Assembly: GCA_020635455.1 (NCBI GenBank)
Contig: JACJZT010000003.1
Span: 266,143 to 330,142 of the forward strand
Origin: Flavobacteriales bacterium
GTDB lineage: Bacteria > Bacteroidota > Bacteroidia > NS11-12g > UBA9320
Length of the DNA: 64,000 nucleotides
Reading direction: 5' to 3'
Of this stretch, positions 26,681 to 34,673 are shown piece by piece. Numbering within the stretch: position 1 is the stretch's first letter; the number at the start of each line of letters is the position of its first letter. The position numbers and the translations under genes are program-made. The notes under the pieces were generated by a model. It made no database searches, was not told where the DNA came from, and worked only from the letters and a program-made list of their open reading frames with translations.

Positions 26681-29431
26681 ATGGTGTATTTTAACCTAGA
26701 ATGCACCGGCTTTTGGGAAGGCACTTTAGCAAAAGTGTATGGTACCTATGACCAGTTGAATCGATTGATCAGTGCAGATGTATATACTAATAGCACACTA
26801 TCTTCTAACTCGTGGAATTCATCCGGTTCGGCAGATAGCAGATGGGCGGAGCATTTTTCATACGATGCAAATGGAAACATTACAAGCCTCACCAGAAATG
26901 GAAATAAGGCCGATACATTAGCAATGGATGATCTGGACTACTACTACACGACTAATACAAACCGCCTGGCATATGTTGAAGATGCTGTAGCGGATATTAA
27001 TTACTCAAACGATATTGATAATCAGTCAAGTGGTAATTACGAGTATGATGCCATTGGAAATTTAATTAAAGATGTAAAGGAAGAAATCTATGATATCAAC
27101 TGGACCGTTTATGGAAAAATTAGCTCAATTATCAGAACCAGTGAAAGTGACAAATCAGACTTAAGTTTTTCTTATACGCCTGACGGACATAGATCCATAA
27201 AATCAGTCACACAGGATAGTTCCTTTGGTACATCACGCAGTGTATATATTCATGATGCTCAGGGAAATATTATGGCGGTCTATGCGCTTCCGATTGTAAA
27301 GGTACTGGATACCACGCAACTTGATTTTGAAATAATCAATAATGAATTGCTCAACCATATTACCCTGGAAGAGTTTGGGGATTTTATTATTGATGACATG
27401 GATATGGTTTCATTACTTTCTGCTCAGGGATATTATGATCCAACCGGAAATTATCGTACAGCCATTTATACAGCAAGTTCAGCATTAGAAGAAGCCCTTC
27501 TTTTGATTCTGGACCCGGCTCCTTATTTTAGTGCAAATTCAGGGTTAATCCAGACTGTATTTACAAATAACTATACCAATTTAGAAGTACTTCAAGTCCT
27601 ACTTGAAGGTAATTCCCTATCAAGTATATTATCGAGTGTAATAACAAATGAAATTTCAAACTCTGCATTTCATTCTCATTTAATGGCAACGCATGGGAAT
27701 ACATGGCTATCAGCACTATATACGCAGGATAATGGAGCATTTCAGACCTTTTATATAAACGCAATGGGAATGTACGGGCCTCCGGGTCTTTCTGGTCAAA
27801 CATATTCGTTTATGGAAAATGAACTTACCAATGTGCTTACCCCCGTTCAACTTCATGCAGCCATGGCAGCCTTATTATCAGACTCCTATGTCTATAATGC
27901 TTATGACAACAATTTTACCACTGTTGACAAAAATCAGTTGCTTTCCAACTATACAGGATTTAAATCGGCAGTGTATACAATTTACAGTGAAAGTGATCTG
28001 GTATCCTGGGCAGCTTCTTACGACTTAGAAGAGCTATGGACCGAAACGCTTAATGAAGAAACGTTAAGCGATATTCTTGACTGGTACGAAGCAAACCAAA
28101 GTGATGCCTTTTTAAAGAAATGCATTATTATTTACTCTGATTATGTTAATACTATGCTTACCAATGCAGCCGTTAATTTATATGATTACATGTCTGACAT
28201 TAAATCTTACTTAGGACAAACCGTGTTTGATAATTTATGTGGCGCATTAGAAGAAACCTATTTTATTCCTGCAACCGAATTAAGTATAAGTGAATGGCAT
28301 ATGTATGGCAGCAGTCGGCTTGGAATTTATCAAGCAGATAAAAAACTGGCCATTTATTATGAGAGCACCCTAACAACAATGGAATACCAGTCACGGGTGA
28401 ATTTCCGGGTTGTTGGTAAACGCAGATTTGAGCTTTCAAATCATTTAGGAAATGTGCTTGCAACTGTAAGTGATAAACGAATTGCCTATTGCTCTGAAGA
28501 GCAAACTACAATCACATATCACGCTGAGGTAATTACTGCAACTGATTACCATTCCTATGGAAGTATAATGGAAGGACGTCAATGGTCAAGTGGGACCTAT
28601 CGTTTTGGGTTCAATGGGAAGGAAAATGATGTGGAATCAGGAACTCAGGACTATGGGATGCGGATATACGATCCTAGGCTGTGCAGGTTTTTGAGTGTTG
28701 ATCCAATTAGTTTAGAGTATCCATGGAATAGTCCTTATCACTTTGCAGGGAACACACCAATTTGCGCTAGTGACTTAGATGGATTAGAACCTAATATTGA
28801 AACAATTGGGCTAGGTGCCTTGGCAGCAGGTTTTAAAGTTTATACACAGCGACAAGTATTACGCAGTAGCAAGAAATTTCAGAGTTTGTCTGATGAAGAG
28901 AAGGATAAGGTAATTAGTGTATTGAGAAACTCAGCTCAAGGTGTTTTGTTAAATCTATCGGATGAAGGTGTTTCAACGCTAGGATTTGGAATGATTAACT
29001 GGTCAAGTATTAAAAAAGGTCAAATAGCAATTTCAATCACTTTAGGAATTACTACAGGTCTTATACAAGGTCATTTTTCGGCTAAAGCCTTTTCACGGAA
29101 ATACGATGTTATAGTTAATGATAATAACTATAAAAAGAACGAAGCATTAATAAAAGAATATTATTCACTTTTAGATGAAAAAAGATTTGCAGAAAGTGCA
29201 TTAAAGGAGTCTGAAGAAAAGCAACAAAATTACTCAGCAGATAGTGAAGAAGGTAGAGAAGTTCAAAAACAAAAAGCAAAAGCTGAAACAGATTTAGCTA
29301 AAGTTGATTCTAATCTTAATGAAAAAAAGAGCGAATTTGAAAAAGCTAGTAAAGAAAATTCTAAAGCACTTTTAGGTACCGTAAAAATTTTTAAAAGTAT
29401 TAAATCCATTAAGAAAAAACTTGCTAAATGA
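26681..29431 (+). CDS. Rhs/YD-repeat polymorphic toxin protein with RHS repeat-associated core and a variable C-terminal toxin domain
   Basis: 916 aa. N-terminal YD repeats (FSYDANGNITSL, YEYDAIGNLIKD). The core reads RVVGKRRFELSNHLGNVLATVSDKR...DYHSYGSIMEGRQW...YRFGFNGKENDVESGTQDYGMRIYDPRLCRFLSVDP...DLDGLE. A unique C-terminal domain follows. The ORF begins 9 nt after the acyl-CoA dehydrogenase stop. Confidence 0.8.
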   Translation: MVYFNLECTGFWEGTLAKVYGTYDQLNRLISADVYTNSTLSSNSWNSSGSADSRWAEHFSYDANGNITSLTRNGNKADTLAMDDLDYYYTTNTNRLAYVEDAVADINYSNDIDNQSSGNYEYDAIGNLIKDVKEEIYDINWTVYGKISSIIRTSESDKSDLSFSYTPDGHRSIKSVTQDSSFGTSRSVYIHDAQGNIMAVYALPIVKVLDTTQLDFEIINNELLNHITLEEFGDFIIDDMDMVSLLSAQGYYDPTGNYRTAIYTASSALEEALLLILDPAPYFSANSGLIQTVFTNNYTNLEVLQVLLEGNSLSSILSSVITNEISNSAFHSHLMATHGNTWLSALYTQDNGAFQTFYINAMGMYGPPGLSGQTYSFMENELTNVLTPVQLHAAMAALLSDSYVYNAYDNNFTTVDKNQLLSNYTGFKSAVYTIYSESDLVSWAASYDLEELWTETLNEETLSDILDWYEANQSDAFLKKCIIIYSDYVNTMLTNAAVNLYDYMSDIKSYLGQTVFDNLCGALEETYFIPATELSISEWHMYGSSRLGIYQADKKLAIYYESTLTTMEYQSRVNFRVVGKRRFELSNHLGNVLATVSDKRIAYCSEEQTTITYHAEVITATDYHSYGSIMEGRQWSSGTYRFGFNGKENDVESGTQDYGMRIYDPRLCRFLSVDPISLEYPWNSPYHFAGNTPICASDLDGLEPNIETIGLGALAAGFKVYTQRQVLRSSKKFQSLSDEEKDKVISVLRNSAQGVLLNLSDEGVSTLGFGMINWSSIKKGQIAISITLGITTGLIQGHFSAKAFSRKYDVIVNDNNYKKNEALIKEYYSLLDEKRFAESALKESEEKQQNYSADSEEGREVQKQKAKAETDLAKVDSNLNEKKSEFEKASKENSKALLGTVKIFKSIKSIKKKLAK

Positions 29432-30039
29432 CAAAATTAATAATACTCATACCAACATTTATTTTATTTTCAAATTGGTCATTTTCACAACAAAATGTTA
29501 AATACAAACCTGATTTAATTTTAAATCTTTGTGGAGGTATTGAATTAAAGAATAATAACCAAAGGCAAATGAAAATAGATAATGCTGTTCCAGTTATTAA
29601 ATTTTCAATTGGCGACCATTTATTAAAAAAATATTATTACACAACTTCGATTTCATATTCTCACATTAAGGAAGATGGAATTGATAAGTTTGTCGAGTAT
29701 GATAAAACCGAGATTATGATTGGCTTCGGAATTGAAGCTGTTAAAAACAAAACCATTATTAGGCAGCAATTAAGTTTTGGTTCTAATAATTATACTGCTG
29801 TTACCATATTTAAAAATGAGCCTATAAATGGTTTCAATTATATGGGTAATAAGTTATCATCAAAGAATAATAGATCAATTAAGTATATTGTGGATTTTAT
29901 TAGTTTGAAAGCAAAAGAAATAAACTATTTAGGTGGATTAAGTATTTCCTATCTCTTAAAAAATGATTTTATGTTAACTAATGAAGTAAGTAATAGATTT
30001 TTTGTTCAGTTATATTGTGGATTAGATTTAAACTTTTGA
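29428..30039 (+). CDS. Candidate immunity protein for the Rhs C-terminal toxin (secreted)
   Basis: 203 aa with signal peptide MTKLIILIPTFILFSNWSFSQQ. Its start overlaps the Rhs stop (ATGA). Confidence 0.5.
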   Translation: MTKLIILIPTFILFSNWSFSQQNVKYKPDLILNLCGGIELKNNNQRQMKIDNAVPVIKFSIGDHLLKKYYYTTSISYSHIKEDGIDKFVEYDKTEIMIGFGIEAVKNKTIIRQQLSFGSNNYTAVTIFKNEPINGFNYMGNKLSSKNNRSIKYIVDFISLKAKEINYLGGLSISYLLKNDFMLTNEVSNRFFVQLYCGLDLNF

Positions 30040-30103
30040 AATTAAAACATACTTTTATTGAAATAGGCTCGACTTGTTCTTATACTTCAAACGAAAAGTT
30101 TCA

Positions 30104-30329
30104 ATTAATCAGACAACCCAACTTTTTGTGAAGGCAGAAAGACGAATATTCCGACTAAACTGAGCCACTAATTCCGGAACAAGGTGAGCCACCCATTTTG
30201 GAATAAATTAGCAGTCTTTTTCAATCCAATTTCCTAAATTTGAGTGTCACTTCTTAAATAGATCAAAGTGCACCTTTCGGTTAGAAATAATAATTCAACA
30301 TATTACCCTTCCTATGGAAGTGTAATGGA
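30104..30329 (+). repeat. Conserved orphan-cassette leader element, copy 1. An inverted copy lies at 39127-39344.
   Basis: About 225 bp from CAACCCAACTTTTTG to CCTATGGAAGTGTAATGG, roughly 85-90% identical to the reverse complement of 39127-39344. It contains tandem half-sites TGAGCCACTAATTCCGGAA (30161-30179) and TGAGCCACCCATTTTGGAA (30185-30203). A -7 box TAaaTTTG lies at 30235-30242. Confidence 0.7.
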
Positions 30330-31278
30330 AGGACGTTCATGGACAGGTGGGGCGTATAGATATGGGTTCAATGGAAAGGAAAATGATGATGAAATTAAGG
30401 GAAATGGAAACCAACAGGATTATGGAATGCGGATATACGATCCTAGGCTGTGCAGATTTTTAAGTGTTGACCCAGTTTCTAATTATTTTCCTTGGTACAC
30501 ACCTTACCTATTTGCAGGAAACAAACCAATTTGGGCTACAGACCTTGATGGGCTTGAGGAAGATTTTACAAATGCTCAACCCTTTGAATATTATAATGAT
30601 AAACTAGCTCTAGATATGAATGGTGCACCTTCTTATTCGCCCAAAAATGCAGCTGGTTTTGCTAGAAATGGCAATTGGTACTTTAAACAATTATTAGAGA
30701 AAATGCCATATTTATTTGACGAAGTGAATATAGATTTAATAAGAAATGGATTGGCTCCTGAAGTAAATGAAACTTGGATAAAATATGTTCCAGAGCACAC
30801 TGGGTTTGTAGGTGATAAATTAGTTCATCATCATATCGACCAACAGAATATGGCTACAGCGCTTCCTGAAAAAGTTCACAAAGAATATAGTAATGTGCTG
30901 CATACAAGGTATAAAGCTGGAAGATCAGCTGCAGGAAAATTAGGAAAACTTTATAATTTTTTAGGTGCTATTTTAATGTTTAGAGATCTTTTCAGTAAAG
31001 ATCCTCACTCTACTTTATCTCAATGGCAAGTGCAGTTAGGTTTTTGTAAAGAAGGTAAAATGTACTATTCTGAAAAGGATGATAGCTATTTTATTGCTGT
31101 GAGTATTGAAAAAACATATAATGCTGATGGGAACGAAGATGGTATGTTTATAACCTATGATAGATATGAGTCATATTATTATAATAAGGAAAGTAAGACC
31201 TACGAAGGATTTGATAAAATAGGAACATACACAGAATATTATTCCAATGAGACGGGTAAAAGTGAAGAAATAAAGTAG
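30268..31278 (+). CDS. Orphan Rhs C-terminal toxin cassette; putative HNH/EndoVII-fold nuclease toxin with HHH signature
   Basis: GTG start. (M)HLSVRNNNSTYYPSYGSVMEGRSW...YRYGFNGKENDDE...QDYGMRIYDPRLCRFLSVDP...DLDGLEE. The variable domain then contains KLVHHHIDQQNMATALPEKVHKEY, a His-His-His...N...H pattern. Confidence 0.7.
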   Translation: MHLSVRNNNSTYYPSYGSVMEGRSWTGGAYRYGFNGKENDDEIKGNGNQQDYGMRIYDPRLCRFLSVDPVSNYFPWYTPYLFAGNKPIWATDLDGLEEDFTNAQPFEYYNDKLALDMNGAPSYSPKNAAGFARNGNWYFKQLLEKMPYLFDEVNIDLIRNGLAPEVNETWIKYVPEHTGFVGDKLVHHHIDQQNMATALPEKVHKEYSNVLHTRYKAGRSAAGKLGKLYNFLGAILMFRDLFSKDPHSTLSQWQVQLGFCKEGKMYYSEKDDSYFIAVSIEKTYNADGNEDGMFITYDRYESYYYNKESKTYEGFDKIGTYTEYYSNETGKSEEIK

Positions 31279-31284
31279 TAAATC

Positions 31285-31815
31285 ATGACAGGATTAAATT
31301 TTATAACTGAGTATCTAAAACAAAAACCGGATTATCATCTAATGCAGTTATCAGGCATCCCAACAAAAAATATTCAAAGATACTTAAATGCTTTCAAAAT
31401 AGAGAGTAAAGACACCGTAGATATTTCCAATAATAATACACAGATAGAATTCCTTTATACAAGATATAATATGGCTAATATAGAAATTCGATCTTTTTGC
31501 TTTTTAGATAATTTAAAATATTCCGATAACTTTTGTATATTTGGTCGTTTTGATACAGAAAGGGTTGCTTGCAATTTAAATACAAACGAAATTGTCATGC
31601 TAGATGAGAATTCAAACTACATTATGTGTGGTTGTGCCCCTAATGAAAATCTTTTTTTTGATGCCTTAATTAGCTGTGCAGAGTATTCTAAGAAATTAAA
31701 AGAAAATAGTAACAATACAATAGAAGCGCCAAACGAAAGAGTGGACAAGATTGTTAAATTGGTTGGAGATAAATATAGAGATTTTTATTGTGTCCTACTC
31801 GGTTGTTATAGCTAA
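31285..31815 (+). CDS. Candidate cytoplasmic immunity protein for the preceding nuclease-type toxin
   Basis: 176 aa with no signal peptide. It starts 7 nt after the toxin stop. Confidence 0.5.
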   Translation: MTGLNFITEYLKQKPDYHLMQLSGIPTKNIQRYLNAFKIESKDTVDISNNNTQIEFLYTRYNMANIEIRSFCFLDNLKYSDNFCIFGRFDTERVACNLNTNEIVMLDENSNYIMCGCAPNENLFFDALISCAEYSKKLKENSNNTIEAPNERVDKIVKLVGDKYRDFYCVLLGCYS

Positions 31816-31849
31816 TTCAACTTTATTCTATTTCTAATATCATAATTAT

Positions 31850-32920
31850 GTGACCACTCCCGATAACTTAAGATTCTACTTTCCTATTAAATCCAAACCA
31901 ACGCCAATCCAATCTAGCAATGCTGTATACTGTACCCGCCATTACACTCCCTATGGAAGTGTAATGGAAGGAAGAAGTTGGAGTATTGAAAGTGCTGGTG
32001 GATATAGGTTTGGGTTTAACGGTAAAGAAGACGATGATGAAAAGCAAACACAGGATTATGGTTTTAGAACATACTATCCAAGATTAGGTCGTTTCTTATC
32101 TGTTGACCCACTTACAAAAGAATATCCATATTTAACACCTTATCAATTTGCGAGTAACTCTCCCATATCAGGAATTGATTTGGATGGTTTAGAATATTAT
32201 TATGCTGCTGATGGGAAATTTTTAGGACAGGGAGGTGACCCTGATAATAAAGAGGTTCGATTGGGTAAAATAACAGGTAAAACAAAATCGGGAAAAAATA
32301 TTATTACAGCAGTTGATTTGAAAGGTCAAGCACCAAGTAAGTGGACGGTAATACACAATAATCACGATGACTTTAAAGCAATGGCAGGTGTTTTATATGC
32401 AGAAGCAGACGGAACGACATCAGAGGCTGTGGATGAAGTTGCAGGTATTTATTCTGTACTTGAAAATCGAGCAAAATATGAGGGGACAACTGTTAAAGAG
32501 CAAATGACAACTGCGAAAGGAGTTTATGGTGCAAGCGAAGCTGACAAAATAAACCAAGCTGATAAAGCTGGAATGACTGCGAAGAAAGAAGCTGTATTCT
32601 CTGGGTTGATTAAAGGTATATTATCAGAAACAGACTTTTCAAATGGTGCATTCTATTGGGATGGTAAAGATTTTGAGAAAGGCGGGGGGCATAATGAACG
32701 TTATAAGCCAGGTTTCCAATTTACTGATAAGAGCCATGATTTATTTAATCAGGGAGATAATAAAAAATCTGGAACAGCCAACGGAGTAACATGGGATTAT
32801 AAGTATCAATCAACTGGCGCAAAAGGGAAAACAACTTTTTCCAAACTAACGGATAAGTGGAGAGATGCCCAATACCCTGGTGCAGGTAAAGGTAAACAAG
32901 TAGGTAAAGGGAAAGAGTAA
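31850..32920 (+). CDS. Orphan Rhs C-terminal toxin cassette with SleB/CwlJ-like cell-wall hydrolase (Hydrolase_2) toxin domain
   Basis: GTG start. ...HYTPYGSVMEGRSW...YRFGFNGKEDDDE...RLGRFLSVDP...DLDGLEYYY. The toxin region MAGVLYAEADGTTSEAVDEVAGIYSVLENRAKYEGTTVKEQ...NGAFYWDG matches the SleB-type pattern LYAEARGE...VA.VVLNR...NGALYF. Confidence 0.65.
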   Translation: MTTPDNLRFYFPIKSKPTPIQSSNAVYCTRHYTPYGSVMEGRSWSIESAGGYRFGFNGKEDDDEKQTQDYGFRTYYPRLGRFLSVDPLTKEYPYLTPYQFASNSPISGIDLDGLEYYYAADGKFLGQGGDPDNKEVRLGKITGKTKSGKNIITAVDLKGQAPSKWTVIHNNHDDFKAMAGVLYAEADGTTSEAVDEVAGIYSVLENRAKYEGTTVKEQMTTAKGVYGASEADKINQADKAGMTAKKEAVFSGLIKGILSETDFSNGAFYWDGKDFEKGGGHNERYKPGFQFTDKSHDLFNQGDNKKSGTANGVTWDYKYQSTGAKGKTTFSKLTDKWRDAQYPGAGKGKQVGKGKE

Positions 32921-32924
32921 TAAC

Positions 32925-33506
32925 ATGAAAAATTTATTTAGTTTAATTTTTGTTGGACTGTTTGCTTGTTGCACATCAAATGTGAATAAAGAGGTTGTCT
33001 CTACAATAAGCAATTTGACACCCGTTTCTCGAAACAACAAGGTAGCTGAAGTTCCTTGCAAAGAAGATTCATTAGTGAAAATACTTCTAAATAATGGGAT
33101 AAAAGCTGTTAAGGGCGGAGAGTTAATATCTGAACCCGATATTAAGTATACTTCGGGTTATTCTGATGATTTTTCATTTACTCATTATCAATTTTCTTAC
33201 AATGAAAACTCTATTGAGTTTGTTGACACGGTATATGAAAAAAGTAAAGTCGATAAACGAAACTTGTATTTAAACAACAAGCCTTTGAATGTTTGTTGTA
33301 TTAAGAATAACACATTTGATTTAGATTCAATGGAAGTGCATATTGATTATACAGAGTCTGAAATTTATACATTTAAAAATAATCCGTTCTATTTATTGGT
33401 TGTATCGCACCCTATGAATTGGGTGGGAACGATGACTAGATTTTCTTTTTTTCAATTGATTAACTCAAAAGAAAATACAGTAGTTGAATTTATTAGAGAT
33501 GCCTAG
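32925..33506 (+). CDS. Candidate periplasmic lipoprotein immunity protein for the cell-wall hydrolase toxin
   Basis: Signal and lipobox MKNLFSLIFVGLFACCTSN. It starts 5 nt after the toxin stop. Confidence 0.5.
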   Translation: MKNLFSLIFVGLFACCTSNVNKEVVSTISNLTPVSRNNKVAEVPCKEDSLVKILLNNGIKAVKGGELISEPDIKYTSGYSDDFSFTHYQFSYNENSIEFVDTVYEKSKVDKRNLYLNNKPLNVCCIKNNTFDLDSMEVHIDYTESEIYTFKNNPFYLLVVSHPMNWVGTMTRFSFFQLINSKENTVVEFIRDA

Positions 33507-33655
33507 AAAAACCTAAATATTTTTAGTCTTCTGTCAGATCAAGTCGCGACTATTACATTTTAAGTTATCTGTAATACTCCCTTAGGATAACTTTGCTAAT
33601 ACTGCTCACAAAGCATGAACTTGGTAACTCCAACCAGGTTGAGGGATTGTTCTAT

Positions 33656-33882
33656 TTAGGGGAACATGCCGTACAGCTCCTTATGCGAGGGTTTTTCTGA
33701 GGCCGGTGGTAAAACAATGGAATAGAGTTCTTTATCGGTTAATTGAAGCAGTTCCTTGTAGGACAAAGGGTGTACGTCAAAAATGGACTTGTACTTGTCG
33801 ATGGAGTTTCTTGATATGGAAGTGAGACGACTGATCTGACGACCCGACTTTGTAATTTGTACCGATATTTATATTGGCTATC
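33656..33882 (-). pseudogene. IS21-family (IstA-like) transposase N-terminal fragment with no start codon
   Basis: Minus-strand frame reads ITKSGRQISRLTSISRNSIDKYKSIFDVHPLSYKELLQLTDKELYSIVLPPASEKPSHKELYGMFP*. This is an IstA-type HTH N-terminus, with no ATG upstream and a stop after about 75 aa. Confidence 0.35.
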
Positions 33883-33923
33883 TTTGTCTTTTATAATAAA
33901 AATAAACCTATTTAAAGCCATAT

Positions 33924-34247
33924 ATGATTTTCAGACAGCACAAAGCAGCCTTTCGTAAACTCAAAGGGATTTCCCAGGGCAATCTATGTAAATCGGTTAG
34001 AACTTTAGGAGATATTATCGGCAAGTATGAACGTAATGAGGTAAAACCCCCCATAGTGGTTGCTTCTAAAATTGCCTATATACTTGAAGTAAGTCTTGAT
34101 TATCTGCTCGGTATGATTTCCCTTGAACTGGATAAAAAAACTCTCAAACTCTTACATGACATAAAAAAACTCCTTGAAACCGATAAATATAATATTTCCT
34201 ATACCATTGACGGGCTGATTAAGGCGGCGAAGATTAATGCACTCTAA
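33924..34247 (+). CDS. XRE-family (Cro/C1-type HTH) transcriptional regulator
   Basis: LKGISQGNLCKSVRTLGDIIGKYERNEVKPPIVVASKIAYILEVSLDYLLG is a typical HTH_XRE helix-turn-helix. Confidence 0.55.
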   Translation: MIFRQHKAAFRKLKGISQGNLCKSVRTLGDIIGKYERNEVKPPIVVASKIAYILEVSLDYLLGMISLELDKKTLKLLHDIKKLLETDKYNISYTIDGLIKAAKINAL

Positions 34248-34289
34248 AACACAAGTGCCTAGCGGCAATATCCCCCAATATATAATCAG

Positions 34290-34673
34290 ATGGAATCCAT
34301 TATTAAAATTTGGCCTTATATTAAAATTGTTCTCGAAGCCATATTCTTAATTTGTTGTTTAATCCTTCCATTCTTGCTTATTTCACTAGCATTGAAAAAA
34401 AAGAAATTAGTTATATGTATAGATCAAATTGAAAAAAAAGAAACAATTGAATATACCAAAGATATTAATTTAGCGTTTGATCCACTTTTTGTATTTAATC
34501 TTTTTGCTGAACTACCAGAAATTAAAAAAGACCCGTCGCTTAATAAAAATAAGTTAGCCTTAGAGTTAGAAGAAAAAATAACTATTCTTACAAAAATTGT
34601 AAAACGTATTTCTGTAATACTCGGAACCACTTTATTACTTCTGCTTGTGTTAATTAATTGGCTTGAGAGTTGA
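34290..34673 (+). CDS. Small membrane protein of unknown function
   Basis: 127 aa with hydrophobic N- and C-terminal helices. Co-oriented with the XRE gene. Confidence 0.35.
   Translation: MESIIKIWPYIKIVLEAIFLICCLILPFLLISLALKKKKLVICIDQIEKKETIEYTKDINLAFDPLFVFNLFAELPEIKKDPSLNKNKLALELEEKITILTKIVKRISVILGTTLLLLLVLINWLES

Noticed and set aside
33739-33921. 60-aa ORF (MALNRFIFIIKDKDSQYKYRYKLQSRVV...)
   Set aside because: It is an alternative frame of the IS21-like transposase fragment region. Low-complexity, no start context.
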